In this document: positions 11,661 through 24,600 of the stretch, in pieces
How positions within the stretch are numbered: position 1 is the stretch's first letter
Layout: every line of letters starts with the position of its first letter
Assembly: GCA_900088475.1 (NCBI GenBank)
Contig: FLMG01003035.1
Span: 39,868 to 103,867, forward strand
Length of the DNA stretch: 64,000 nucleotides
Direction: 5' to 3'
Source of the DNA: Hyphochytrium catenoides
Taxonomy: Eukaryota > Protista > Hyphochytriomycota
The notes under the pieces: model-generated
Databases searched by the model: none
What the model was told of the DNA's origin: nothing
What the model saw: only the letters and a program-made list of their open reading frames with translations
Program-made: the position numbers and the translations under genes

Positions 11661-14600
11661 TCAGATGCTGCGATAGTCCACATTAGACCCGGTCTCCTGT
11701 TCACCGGCGGCCACAATGGCTTCTGCTTCCTCTAGCTCTTCCTTGTCCTCATACTTTCGCTTCTGATATTGGTTATATGCGAGCACACCCACGCCGACTA
11801 GCGCCAGGCCACCAACGACGGCTCCCAACTAAGAAGTGGACGAAATATTAGCTGTAGAACTATCCAAGGTGAGTAGATAAGCAGCGTATCATAACCATGG
11901 AAAGAAGGGGGACAAATGGGAGAAAGGAGAGCTCCACGGTATCTTAACAATAAGCTGAAAGAGAAGATAAAAAAGAAAGCGAGAGGCCCTATCACTTACA
12001 CTGATGAAGGTGATGGCAGTCGTCGACAGACTGGAAGAAGTATTATCCTCCTTGTTAAAGTTCCCAGGTTTCCCACCAGTAGGGGAAGTAGTAGGAGCGC
12101 TACTAGGCTTTCCGTTGTTGCTTGGAGTGGGAGAGGCTGGAGCGCTGGGCCCCGGTGCTGGTGATGGTTGAGGACTTCGCGTAGGGATCGGAGAAGGTGC
12201 AGTGGTGGGTCCCGTTGGCGGGCTAGGAGTGGTAACTTGGCCGTTGCAGGTGACAGGGGTAGGGGCCCAGCAGCTGTGCACCGTGTTGTCGCTCGGCCAG
12301 GTAAATGTGCTCATCTTTGGGATAGATGACGGACAAACGGACTGTCCACGGCCCGCCGCAGGCTGAGGGAAGAGGTGTCAGGACCAATTGTGACCAGGCA
12401 GATGACACTAGGGGAAGAAATAATAGAACAGAACGCCATCCACAAAAGTGAGACACTCAGTCTATAAAAAGTTCACGAGAAAAGACGTGCAGATTAGCGC
12501 AGAGATGGGAGGGACGACCGAAAAGGTAACTTAAAGCACAGTCCAACGTGAAAGAGTAGGGCGCTCCGCAATCTTGTATCTCGTCCCGCCTGACCTTGAA
12601 AGAACTGAGAGTGGCACCGTCAAGCTTCGCCTCTGCCCACTGCGTGGCGAGGTTGTTACCATTGGGCAGCATGTTGAACTCGCAAGGAACAGTGATGTCA
12701 TCGCAATTCCTTGGAGTGAAGTATCCCAGCTACACCAAGAGAAAGCGAAAGGTAAGCTCTATAGAACTTCGTAGGGCCGTAGTTAAGAGTGTGACAGAAA
12801 AAGAGAAAGGGAAAGAAACAGAAAGAGACACAACGAAAAAGAAGGCCACAAAGACAGAGAATGAGCCGAAGAGAGCTAGAAAGAGCCCACTAGATAACCA
12901 CAGATCTACAGTCTGTCAACTTACCCCGTAGTTACTGTTGACGCATGTATTGAAAGGATAAGGACAGGAAGGCGGGACATTGGCAACTTCTGTGCTATAC
13001 TCAAAGGCGATAGCTCCTTGGATCTGTAAAGGAAGACAGGTAAGAGGAGACAAAGCTATTTAGAGCGAGAGGAGAGAGAGTGTGTTCAACTGGTAGTGAT
13101 GAGCGAAGGGAAGGAAAGAGAGAGATACCTTTGGGAATGAAAGAGAGAGTTGAAGGGCAGGGAGGAGAAGAGCAGCGGCAAGAGGAGAGAGTAAGAAAGA
13201 GAGGGGAGGAAACCGATGAGAGATAGAGATATTGGGCGATAAAGGCGGCTCGCAGGCTATAGAGGGTGGCACTTACATAGTCATTCATGTTCTCGATGAT
13301 CATCCTTCATAGAGTAGTAAGTTCGAGCAAGGATCAGAAGATGTTGAGAGACGGATCAAAGAGATGTGCAACACGGCGAATGATAGGACTGCCATTGGCC
13401 TACTTACTTTGCGTCATACCACGTCCGTTGAGCAAACCAGCCGTCTATGGTCGGAAATCCAGGGTTAAGACATCTGCCATTAAGACGTACCCAGTCAGAA
13501 GAGAGCAAAGATTCGCACGGAACAGTAAAGAGAAGAATGCGGCCAGACGAATGAAAGACGGGAGGAAGAGCATCAAACCTTACCCGAACTCTGTGAATAT
13601 ATTGGGGATTATCATGCCCAAGTTTTGGTACACCTTCAGCAGTGGCACCAAAGGATTGTTTGAATCTGACCACTGCGTGATGGCCGGGTTGCAGAAGACA
13701 TAGGGATTCAGCCCAATCCTAGGACACGGTGTCGAGAAAGCAGAGAGAGGTTTAGAATAGACCACAGTCACACTGCTTCCTCTTCATATCAATGCCACCT
13801 ACCACTCAGCGGCATCTGTGCCGGATGGTGTCTCTGCACACTGATAGTACTGCAGGGTCACCTCTCGTTGAGGCGGGTCCGCAAGAGAGAGGCCAACAGG
13901 AATCTGTCGCATGCCGTGCGCACCACAGCCAGCGATAAAGTCTCGCATCTCCTGAATGAGCTTCTTTTGGCAAGGGGCGTTGCCTAGCGTGGGTCCCGCG
14001 GGCGGCGCATGGTTGATTTCATTCCCTACACAGAGACCATATCAGCATTTACAAGTCGCTTCTTCGTCTTAGAGCAACGTCCCATCTCATCTATCTATCT
14101 ACATCAGCTATGATGCTCTCTGTTCCTCTATAAGATCAGTTGGGGTCTCCGCTGTCTCTCCCCTTACTCGGTCTCTTTCCCCCATGAGGAGTAACACTTC
14201 TATGCTGCTGCGTCTGTCTGTTCTCTCACACTCTTTCTCTCCCCCCACTCTGCTCACCGGCCTCGAACGCAAGCAAGTTGGGATACTTGGAGAAGGCGTT
14301 GATGATAGCAAATGCTCTCGCCTTCATGTCAGTGGAATAACACGCGGGAGCAGGATCGCCTGTGATTGCACAGTTGTGGCATGCTGCGGCAACATCAATG
14401 ATAGCATAGATCCCGGCCTCGCTAAGGGCGCACATGAAGGCGTCATGGTTCTGGCTGGGATCCACGGCATAGAGTCGAACCTTACAAACGAGTGTAATAA
14501 TAAGAGGGAGGCCAGCAAGGAGAGAGAACCCAAAGAGAAAAGAGGGAGAGAAAGAGGCACAGAAGACGAGAGTGAGAGAGGGAGCCAGGTTAGGTAAGGG

Positions 14601-15006
14601 GCTGATGAAGAGACTTGGAACTGGCAAGGAGGTTACCAGGTTAGCGCCTAACTGCTTGAGGTACGGGATATCTCTCTTCCAGATGTGCGCGTACTTCTCC
14701 GTGAAATAGTCAAGACTGTTCTCGTTCAGCATTCCAGCGTTTGATCTAGGATAGTAAGCGACACCTGCAGAAAGCGACAGTAATCAGCGTCAGGTACGTG
14801 GTCACAACGCTTCGAGAGGTGGCATAGGCAGAGCTATAAAGACCTTTCCATTGCACTTCCTTGCCCGTCACCGAGTCGAAAGTGCGATAATATGAGAATT
14901 TGATAGGGTTGAGCCACTGCGCCGATGCTCCCAAAATACGGTTGGCAGCGTGCCAGGACATCGCCGTCCATATTGCGAGTGTAGAGACAAAAGAGAGAGC
15001 TCGCAT
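11661..15006 (-). CDS. GH72 beta-1,3-glucanosyltransferase (Gas/Gel-like) with signal peptide, Pro/Thr/Ser linker and C-terminal TM helix
   Basis: Spliced motifs KGVAYYPR, RDIPYLKQLGANLVRLYAVDP, AFEAGNE (catalytic), FTEFGC (catalytic) and GAIAFEYS. Last exon reads LGAVVGGLALVGVGVLAYNQYQKRK...DYRSI*. All introns are GT-AG, including those flanking a 28-nt exon at 13277-13304. Confidence 0.9.
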
Positions 15007-15499
15007 GCTTTTGGAGGCGAAGGGTTTGGCTTTTCTTGCTTGTGTCAGAATCAAACTAAGAAGAACTTGGGTAGAGCCTCGAAAACTCTGGCCAAACTCC
15101 CTGCTTGGTCAGGGAGGATGGGGCTGCAGCAAGCTTGGAAGCAAGCCTAGCGGTGACAAGTTGTCTTCGTCCTGGTCACTATCTCTCTGCCCTAAAAGTG
15201 TTTCTGGGAACCACCACCGGTGTGCAAACCAGGCGGCCCAGCTATCCACTGTTTCAAGAGTGAATGATTCTGTCACAGTAGCCGTTAAGCCTTGACCTCC
15301 TTTAGATGGTCCTGAGCGTGCCTGACATTTCTGCAGCACCTGCTCCGCCTCGTTCTTTCTTCGTTACCTGGCTCCTCCTCGCTCTGCGGCAGCAGCGCGC
15401 GGCGGCGTCGGCCGCTGGTGCACGAAAGGGCGTGACTGACAAAGCAAGAGAAGAATCTCCAACAACTAATGAAGCTTTCACGCTTGTAAGAAAAATCTC

Positions 15500-17950
15500 A
15501 AGGCACTTAGTATAAGGTACTTTTGAAAGGTTCAGTTATGATTTATTCATGTTTGTTTCTTTCATTGAGAGGAAGTTTGCCAACTACAACGCTTCAAAGG
15601 AACCAACTGAGTGTACAGCTAACAACGACTACTACAGGCCTACCAGGCTCAATAATCCTTTCTCCAGATTCCTTCTCTTACTTCTTACTCCAGTACATTG
15701 ATTTTATTTTTGCTAGTTCCTCCTCCTCACCTATGAAAGGACGAAGAATATTAGGAACATCTAGTAAGAAAAAGGTGATTATGCTGCAGAAGGAGTGCCT
15801 GCTTCTTACATAAGCTTTCCCCTCCTCCATCGTCATCTCCGCGCAACAATAAAATAGAGGCTTTGTAATAGTAGCCTTTTATATTCTAATAATGTTACTC
15901 ATCATCAGAGGAAAGGAGAAAGAAGAAGGCAGAGCGTTTTATAATGGAAGAATAACAGCGATGATGATGAATGCCCGCTTCTTCTACTTCTCCTCCTCCA
16001 TAGACAGAGGACCCTACCATTGTACCATTGTCGTTCTTCTGGTGCAGCAACCTTTATTTCTTAATGTCTCGTCGATGATAAACACTCTTACAAAGTTGTT
16101 TGATTGACGGAGCTAATGATCGGGATATCTCTTCCATATCACAACATTGTTCTTGCCTTCTTTCGGGGCCAGGTAGCGGTTGGTGGTCAATCTATCATTG
16201 GTAGCATAAAAGACTACTGAGGAAGGCAGAAAGCTAAGCTAACGACAACAATGGCTTACTTGACAATTGGAAGAGTCATCAGGTAGCGCTAAATTTTTCT
16301 CTATTTCGAAATGGTCTCTCCGAATCCTGCATCCTCTGAGTTTACATCGTCACTAGCTGGTTTCCGTCACCAGTCATCACAATGAACTCCAATGTGAAGG
16401 TTCTTGATCCCCTAATTCTTGACTACAGTGCAGAAGTAGAAGAAAGACACTGGATCATATAAGATTTACGTAGGACGGCTAGGCTCCGTTCTTGAAGCTA
16501 CACCACTGAAAAGAACCATTATTGGTCCCATATAATAATAATGGGGGACGGCGGACAGCTCAAAAAGATAGCCTTCTCTCTTCTTCGTGAATGGTACGAT
16601 TCCTTTCATTGTCACAAAAGCCACTGCGAAGTTCACAAACAGTCAACTGCTACGAGTACTAACTACTAACCTTTCTAATTATACAGACGGCAGCTCTTCA
16701 GCAAGGAGCTAATATTGGATGGGTTTCAGGAGGCTAATTCTACAGGTGCGAAATGTTGGTAGAGGATCAGTGCGGGGTGGTGGCGGCAGTGGATACAAGA
16801 AGTGTGAGAAAATACAGAACAACCCTTAAGTCCTCCCCTTACTTCTACCTCCTCTACAACTTACAAAGTTCTGCTCCTCCTGGTCTGTTTATAGATTCTG
16901 AGGCGACAGCTATTATCTATTCGTTGCTACTAGTCTCTTCTGATACCACACCTCCCCATCCTCATTGCTCCACCTTTCCACGTTCGTCGAAAACTGACTT
17001 ACGCTAGGTGTCACTGGTTTCGAGCATATAAGTAGCAATCTTCTCTATCATCATCACATTCTTCTTCATCAAACGAAAAGGATGTAGTTGAAGAAGATGC
17101 CTTTCCTCCAACAAGCAGCCAGCTGTTCATCAATCAGTCTCTTGCTCTGCTATCACAGTGTTAAATCTTTGCTGCATTGTGTTCTACGAGCAAGAGCTTG
17201 TAGATGGTTCCTTCTTCCTTTTACAGAGAAGAAGGAAAAGTACTAAATTACTACAATGTAATGCATTGAGTCTCCCTTCCCTGTGGTGAGCTCTTTATTG
17301 AAGCTTTCCGTCCTTTTAAAATCAGGCCAAATGACCGGCAGATTATTGGTCAATGGATCTCAATAATACATCCTCCAGTTGCAGTGGAACCCTAGCGTAC
17401 ACCGTAGTATCAATCCTCCCGCTATAGTAGTTAGGGTGTGTTTGTTAATTCTTGCTGGGTGTATGCAGCAGTGGTGGATGGGCTGGGGTGGGTATGCAGG
17501 TGTGAAGTTCCACCGTCCCACCCTCAGTGGCTTGTCCCCCCAGGCATTAGTAATGATTCAATCATATTCTTAGTGGTAGCCTTAGACTGGCCGTTAAGAA
17601 TAGTACGCACCAGCAGGTTTACTAAAAGCCTTCCTACCATAGGATGGGTAGGCGCTTCTGTCGTTCCAAGTTGTATCGTTGCGTAACATAAGGGATTAAA
17701 CACTCCGAATGGGTAGTGTATTGATTCTCCCTGTTTGCAGTAAAAAGCCTCAGGACTAAGAGAAGGCCAATGGGCTTTTAATACTAATCAGTAATGGTAA
17801 AATGGCAGAATCTACATAAAAGTAAAATTTCTTTCAAAAATCAAAGTGTCTCTGGGGAGCTTTTAGCTTTGGATAAGAAGAGGCCAGTCATAGCTTAACT
17901 GTGTTTTATTCTCTTTTGTACAATTGTTTGAGTAGCGGTAGAATCCCTCC
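15500..17950. other. AT-richer, ORF-poor region; possibly a decayed transposon, viral insertion or pseudogene
   Basis: Composition differs from the flanking genes, there are no GA/CT tracts, and only stop-interrupted coding-like fragments occur. No recognisable domain or terminal repeats. Confidence 0.3.
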
Positions 17951-18498
17951 TTTTGAAGTTTGAGCTTCCACACTTTCCCCCCTGCCCACCCTCCTCTTCC
18001 TCCCTTATTCTAGATCGCACATCAACTGAGAGTCGCTGGATATTCTATTGTAGTCAAATGGATCCACCAGACAGAGTACGGCATAGAGGGCAGCTTTCGA
18101 ATACCTAAGAGGACTAGAAATGGCAGACAGAGTGTAGAGAGAGACGGCTGGAGGTTTGGTGCTGTGAAGACAGAGGGGCCATTGAGGTAGGATATCTAGC
18201 CTTGGTAAGACTGACATCCATGCGAGACAGAGCGAGCGTCAATAGACAATATTCTGAAGGGACAGTTCTGTGATCATCTCAGACATTTGATCTCAGGAGT
18301 GAGAGAAGAACAGGAGAAACAGAGAGAGAGACACGCATCAGGCGGTATAAAGGTATAAAGAAGTGGGAGACAGAGCCATGCAAGAGAGAGAGAGTCAGAG
18401 CCGAAGGATGGCCAAAGGTCATTCGAGGGAGCTTTGTTATTGCTTAGCGCCCTAGCGTCACCTCGCCCCTAATGTCCCTCCTCAACTCTCTCCTGTTC

Positions 18499-18592
18499 NN
18501 NNNNNNNNNNNNNNNNNNNNNNNNNNNNNNNNNNNNNNNNNNNNNNNNNNNNNNNNNNNNNNNNNNNNNNNNNNNNNNNNNNNNNNNNNNNN
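18499..18592. other. Assembly gap (N run)
   Basis: Run of n characters. Confidence 1.
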
Positions 18593-18737
18593 ATCTTCTA
18601 CAGATATCCTGTAAGTGGCTCTGCCTTGGGATGGCACAAGGCTCCCTCTCTCTCTCTCTCTCACAGCTCCGAGTCCTTGCCCTTTCCCTTCCTCCTCACC
18701 TCACTTTCTGGTCACCTCCGTGTCTCTCTCTTCTCTC

Positions 18738-18778
<41 letters not shown>

Positions 18779-19238
18779 CCCTATGCGCCCAGAACGTGGA
18801 TGCTCTTGTCGCCTCCCAGCTACTCGCTCCTCTCCACTCTCATCCCTGTTGGAAGCATCCATCACAGGAGAGGCAGCACTGAAGCTGAAGCGGCGGTCCG
18901 GTTAAAGGGTCGCGACTGTGGAACGAGCAGCTCCTCCCCGCAGCGTCCCTGACGGCATTCACAAACTTACTCTCCTTCTCCATCGCCACCATCATCTCCA
19001 TTAGCAAGTGAGCTGAGAGACTCCAGTCAAAGAAGGATAGAGAGAGAGAGTATGCTCTTGATTGGGCGCGGACCTTCTTCATCATCTTCCGCAGGCGCAT
19101 AGAAAGAGCAAGGGTGGGAGAAAGAGACAGCACTTCTCTCTGAGGAGAGAGATCGCCTCATTTGTTCTCTGTCTCCTTCCATCTGCGTAGTAAGAGCGAG
19201 GTGCAAAAGTAGCGACCCGAAGAAGACAGAACTAAACC

Positions 19239-21083
19239 ATGGCCGCCCATCATCTGTGGCGAAGACTGACGCTCAAGAAGCCCGAGGAGGTCATTGCGGC
19301 TGAAGAATGCGGTGGAAAGCTGAGCAAATCTCTAAGTCTGTTTGATCTGCTCATGATCGGCGTTGGAGGCACCATTGGCGCTGGTATCTTCGATGCGTCT
19401 ACCAAGATTATCGCGCTCAATGCCGGCCCTGCCGCGATCTTATCTTGGGTTATTGCTGGCATAGCAAGCTTTCTTGCAGGAATCTCATTTATGGAGATGT
19501 CCACTCGAGTGCCCAGCTCTGGATCAACGTACGCTTACTCCTATCACGCTCTTGGAGAGTTCATGGCCAGTCTTTCTGGCTGGCTGCTGACGCTTGAGTT
19601 CGGCCTTTCAGCGGCAAGCGTAGCTCGTAGCTGGGGCAGTAAGATGGTAGCATGGATTGAGGAGCTTTCAGGCTCTCCGCCGCCCACCTGGCTAGACCAT
19701 GAGAACGCTAACCTTCTTGGAGCGGTCATTATGATTGTCTGTGTGGGCATGGTGGCTGCCGGGCTCAATGTCTCTCGGCACTTTGTCAATGTGATGTCCA
19801 TGATCAAGATTGGCATTGTTCTCTTCATCATCCTGGTCGGCTTCTCAGCGACTGAGACCAAGAACTATAGGCCATTCGTGCCTTCAGAAGATGAAACATC
19901 CAGATTTGGTCTGTCAGGCGTCATGGCAGGCGCTGTGCGAGCTTTCTTTGGCTTCATTGGCTTTGATGAGGTCTGCTGTCTCTCCGGGGAGACCAGAGAC
20001 CCTGTCAAGACAATGCCTCGGGCAGTTGTAGGGGTACTGGCCATCACTGGCCTCCTGTCTACCTTGGCCACTGTGGCTCTGGTAGGAATGCGCAGCTATG
20101 TTGACATAGATGCAGAAGGAGGCTTTGCCAAGGCGTTTGTCGAGTCTGGGTTGCAGTGGGCCGGGTCCTTCACGCGCGCAGGAGAGGCTATTACGATGCC
20201 CCTTGTCGTCCTTGTAGCTTTCCTCGCACAGCCTCGTCTAATGTTTGCTATGGCAGAAGACGGGATGCTGCCTTCAGTCTTCGGCCGCGTCTCCGACAAG
20301 GGCGTTTTGTTGCACGGAACGCTCATTAGCGGCGGGATAATGGTGGTTCTAGCCTTTGCAGTGGGCTTTGCGGTGCTGGATGAGATTATTATTATGGGCA
20401 TTCTCCTGTCCTTCAACATCACTAGCACCTCCGTGGTCATTGTGCGCTATAGAGATGACAGCCCCAAGCTCTCTGCCTACCTCTGGGGCGGATTCTTCGT
20501 TCTTTCGCTTGTCGCTGGATACTGCTGGCAGTATCTTGTGACTGAGGGCAGTGGAGGTGTGGTGGGGTACACTATCGCCGGTACCGTCTCTTTCCTTTCG
20601 CTTGGCTTCGTCGTGGCCCTGATGGTCGTTTGCAGACAGACGAGAGATGACAACGTGCATGTCTACCGGGCCCCGTTGGTGCCGATAGTGCAGGCCATCG
20701 CTGTCTCCATTAACTGGTATCTCTTCGCGCAAACCCCTCCTAAGAATCTATGGGCCTTCTTCCTTTATCTAGCTCTCGCTGTCCTTAGCTACATGTTCTA
20801 TGGCTATTTCAATAGTGTGGGCTATCTGACTGGCTGGAAGGAAATCTTAGAGCTTGGTGGGGATATGAGAAACACTGAGGGAGGTCGCTCCTCTGTCTTA
20901 TCTTCAAGATTGAGCACAGAATCCGAGCTCTACAGCGGACAGAGGGGTCGCTCCACTATGGGAAAGTCCTTTGGAGAGACGTTCAGTGCGACGCCAGGGA
21001 CAGTCTTCTTGGTATCCAACAGTCCCGCGCCGATGACAGAGAAGAAGGGACAAGGCAGTAACTCTTCACTGAAGGTACTCTGA
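19239..21083 (+). CDS. Cationic amino acid transporter (APC superfamily, CAT/SLC7-like), intronless, 614 aa
   Basis: LSKSLSLFDLLMIGVGGTIGAGIF, AGPAAILSW, PSSGSTYAYSY, FFGFIGFDEV, ETRDPVKTMPRA, QPRLMFAMAEDGMLP, YRAPLVP; about 14 hydrophobic segments. Confidence 0.93.
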   Translation: MAAHHLWRRLTLKKPEEVIAAEECGGKLSKSLSLFDLLMIGVGGTIGAGIFDASTKIIALNAGPAAILSWVIAGIASFLAGISFMEMSTRVPSSGSTYAYSYHALGEFMASLSGWLLTLEFGLSAASVARSWGSKMVAWIEELSGSPPPTWLDHENANLLGAVIMIVCVGMVAAGLNVSRHFVNVMSMIKIGIVLFIILVGFSATETKNYRPFVPSEDETSRFGLSGVMAGAVRAFFGFIGFDEVCCLSGETRDPVKTMPRAVVGVLAITGLLSTLATVALVGMRSYVDIDAEGGFAKAFVESGLQWAGSFTRAGEAITMPLVVLVAFLAQPRLMFAMAEDGMLPSVFGRVSDKGVLLHGTLISGGIMVVLAFAVGFAVLDEIIIMGILLSFNITSTSVVIVRYRDDSPKLSAYLWGGFFVLSLVAGYCWQYLVTEGSGGVVGYTIAGTVSFLSLGFVVALMVVCRQTRDDNVHVYRAPLVPIVQAIAVSINWYLFAQTPPKNLWAFFLYLALAVLSYMFYGYFNSVGYLTGWKEILELGGDMRNTEGGRSSVLSSRLSTESELYSGQRGRSTMGKSFGETFSATPGTVFLVSNSPAPMTEKKGQGSNSSLKVL

Positions 21084-21646
21084 AAGAGGCTGTGATTGTG
21101 GATGGGACAGGAGGGCAAAGGTGCCAGCCTGTTCTTTGCCAACTTCATCTTCAATTATTTTTTGGGTGCTGCTTCCATGTCAGGCACAGGCTTAATATAC
21201 TCTCTTCTATTAGTAAATCAATAAATATCTTCTCTATGTTTCTTCCTTTGACTCTTGCTCGGACTCGTGCTCTCATACTTCCGTTTCTGGCCCGACCTAC
21301 TCGATCAGCGTCTCCCTCCCCTGTTCTCGTCGTCGGTGTCTTGAGCTCCCGCACTCTGTCTCAGTCCTAGCCTTCGCCCTATTATATTACAGCCGCTATG
21401 CGGCACTCTCATAGTTGTCATGAAGCAGAAATGTCCACATGGTGCTTCTCTGTCTCTGCCTTTGTCACAGCTTTCCAATGTAAGAAGCCTGTCCGTAGTT
21501 GCGCTACCTCCAGTCTTCGTAGTACTCGAATGATGGTCCATGTGGCCTCAAAGGGGTTGGTGTATGATGCGACAGGCGCCAGCGAAAAGATTCCTCCGCC
21601 CTATATATGGCGCGGGACAGAAGGAAACTGAGTAGGAGAGAGTAGA

Positions 21647-24600
21647 CTAGGAGGATAACCCTCCAAGCAGAGAATTATGGCTCCATCTACTCTTAGTAGA
21701 GGGAGGAAGGCAGAAACGAGAAGTAGTTTTGGCTAAACTTACGCGGACTCTTGCTGCTTCGCTGGGATACAACGCCTGCGTCCGGTCTGCCACTGTGTCC
21801 TGCCTTGTGAACGTCGGTAAGGTGGAAGACACGGAGGCGAGAGACGCGACGGAGAGGCCTTTGCCTTGCTGCTGAAGCATCTGCAAACTCCTCCTTTCAG
21901 CGTCCACTACAGCTGCCGACGCCTCATTGAGGGAGATCGCACTCTCCTCAAAGTCCAAGAGAGGAGAGGAGAGCATCTGCGGCTGGGAGACGACGGAGGG
22001 CGGGACAAGGAAGAGAGGGACACGAAGCATCCCTAGAAGCTGCATTCTCCTAGGATCTGCTGTTATATCCTCCTCGTCAATTGGCAGAGCCTAAGGTGGC
22101 CTATTAGCACTATGGTGGATGTCTAGTGGCGATGGAAGTGCTGACAAACCTCTGTTCTCACTGTGGGAGAAATGTCCTGCCTGTCCGTCACAGGGGATGA
22201 GGAAGAGACTCTTTCCTCCCCTTCCCCTCGCTCCTCATTTGCTCTGAGTTCTTCTAGTAGTTTCAGCTCTTTGATCATCTTCTTGCGCTTCAACAAGCGA
22301 ACAATTGACTTCTGAAAGGCGACCCTTTTACAAAGAAAACGTTATGGAAAAAGCGGCTCTAAGGATCAAGGACTAAGCTTCAAAATGAGAAACGAGCAAG
22401 GGAGCCAGTGGGGAGAGTGAGACAAGAGCGGCACTTTGTGGAAAAAAAGAACCCGCCAGTAGTACCAGTATATTAGGTAAGGGACCGTCACGGACGTCAG
22501 CGTGACGATCACTGCCAACTGCGCCGTCGTCCCATTTAGGCGAAAGTAGAATGTCATGATGAGCTGGGGATCCAATGCGGCGACAGCGTTGCGCGTCATA
22601 GACCGCAACAATGGCCAAGTCGAGAGCAGGAGAAGATTTAGTAGAGCGAAAGAGAGAGAGAGAGAGAGAGAGAAAGAAAGAAGAGAAAGAGAAAGGTATT
22701 TAGGTCAGGTTTGGAAAACTCGGAGATGGAGGCTGAGGGAGACGAAGGAAAAGAAAGAGAGGAAGAGAGAAAAGTGGAAGAGGGGGGAGGGAGAGAGACC
22801 GAGAGATAGAGGAGAGACAGATGAGACAAGAGAGAGAGAGAAGAGAAAGAGAGAGACAGAGAAGAGAGGGAGAGAGAAGCAAAAGAGAGAAGGCGGAAGC
22901 AATAGTAGGCAAGCGCTCTTGCGCCCTCCTCCCTGCACACGCCAGTACCAGGGCGCGCTATAGAGCTGCAGAGCGCGGAAGACGTACCTCAAATAACAGG
23001 ATCACCAAGACGACAATGTTATAAGTTGTCAGCAGAATGTCTCCTCTCCCAGGAGTGTACGGGTGGACATAGAGGAAGTTATACTTGTTCACATAGAACT
23101 TGATCCCAAAGTAGAAGGCCACGAAGGGCAGTACAGCTGGCGTCAAGCAGCTGCTGCAAAGACCTATAGCGAAAACGCTGAAGACAGAGTGGTGGCTTAG
23201 AGAGCTGAGATGAAAAGGAAAGAGTAAAGGTAGCAACGGAAGGAAGGATTAGAGCAACCTACAGAAGAGAATCTGCAAAGTCCCAGCCGTAGAAGAACGG
23301 CCACGGTGCGTCTGCCTCCTCTCTATCCTTTGGCGTCAAAGATCGGAAGGTGATCCTAAACATCGGAGCAAGGAGCTTAAGAGTCATGCTGCCACCTAAT
23401 GGCTATGCCTGTGGCCCACTTGGACGTTAACATCTCTTGCCTTCCATTTCCTGCAGATTCTAGTCTAATCCTCTCTCGAGTAAGTCCTGCTTTCTACCTC
23501 TGCCGCTCTGTTGCCCTAATCCTCTCTCCCGCTATGGATTCTGTCTGTCTGTCTCCCAGTCTCTGCCACATTTCCTCCGGTACGTAGGAATGAAGCTGAC
23601 TATATATGTACCTACCACGGCTGATAAAAGAGCCGTTGACTTGCTCTTGTGAGCGTAAGGCCGTTCCCCATCAGAGCTCTGGAGGAAGTATTTAGAGATG
23701 GAGTGAGAGGAAGAGGTGCAGCTTCTTTCTATGCTTCGGTTTCCTTCTCACCTTTGTAGCACGAACGTGATGAAGTACGGTCCAATGTTGACGTAGACAA
23801 ACTTGTTCAGCACTGACCCGCGGAAGGAATAGAATTCCGAGTCAAATATGATCAAGAGAGAGGACGATCCCAAACTGTACATGACGTAGGTGCTCTTCAG
23901 GGCAAAGAGCGTATCCGAAAAGGTGGGATCAGAGAGAGAGAGTGTGCGACAGAGAGGGAGAAAGAGGTGTGTGAGGAAAAGAAAGAGTTTTCGCGTCAGC
24001 GCCTAACAGGTATCCATTGAGAGAATATAAGCTTACCAGGAAGAGGTACAGAAAGCCCTTGAGCATAATACTTCTCTCTTTCCCCGAATGACTTGAATGG
24101 GGCTCCCACATGCCGAAGTAGAAGAGCATCAGAAGGATAAGGTAGTTCGTGAGCGCCTGTGACGCCATGACGGAGAGAGTCAGTCGGGTACATTCCCCTA
24201 GCTTCATCTTGGGCCGTTTTCTCTTACGTTCAAGACAGTGGGCAAGTACTGCACGATAAGACTTGCTACGAAGCCTCCTTTCTCTGTCAGCTCTCTATAG
24301 AACGGGGAAGTCGGAGACAGACCAATGTAGATGAGGAGGGCACCTGGGGTAGACAGGAGCACGAGAACCAGCAGCGTAATCAAGTTGAAGACGAAAAACA
24401 GGCACGTCTTCTCCAAGGAATAGCTCCTTCGGGTCTAGAGAAAGGTTGATGTACAGAGTAGCCGAGACAATGTGGGCAGAAGTTAGAGCCAATATGAGCA
24501 ATTGTGGGCTAAAGAGAGTGAGCAGATAGAGGAAGACGGTGGCTACACTGTTCTTACCGTGTGGACCCAGTCAATATCCTCTGGCTCCGGGGCTTCTGAA

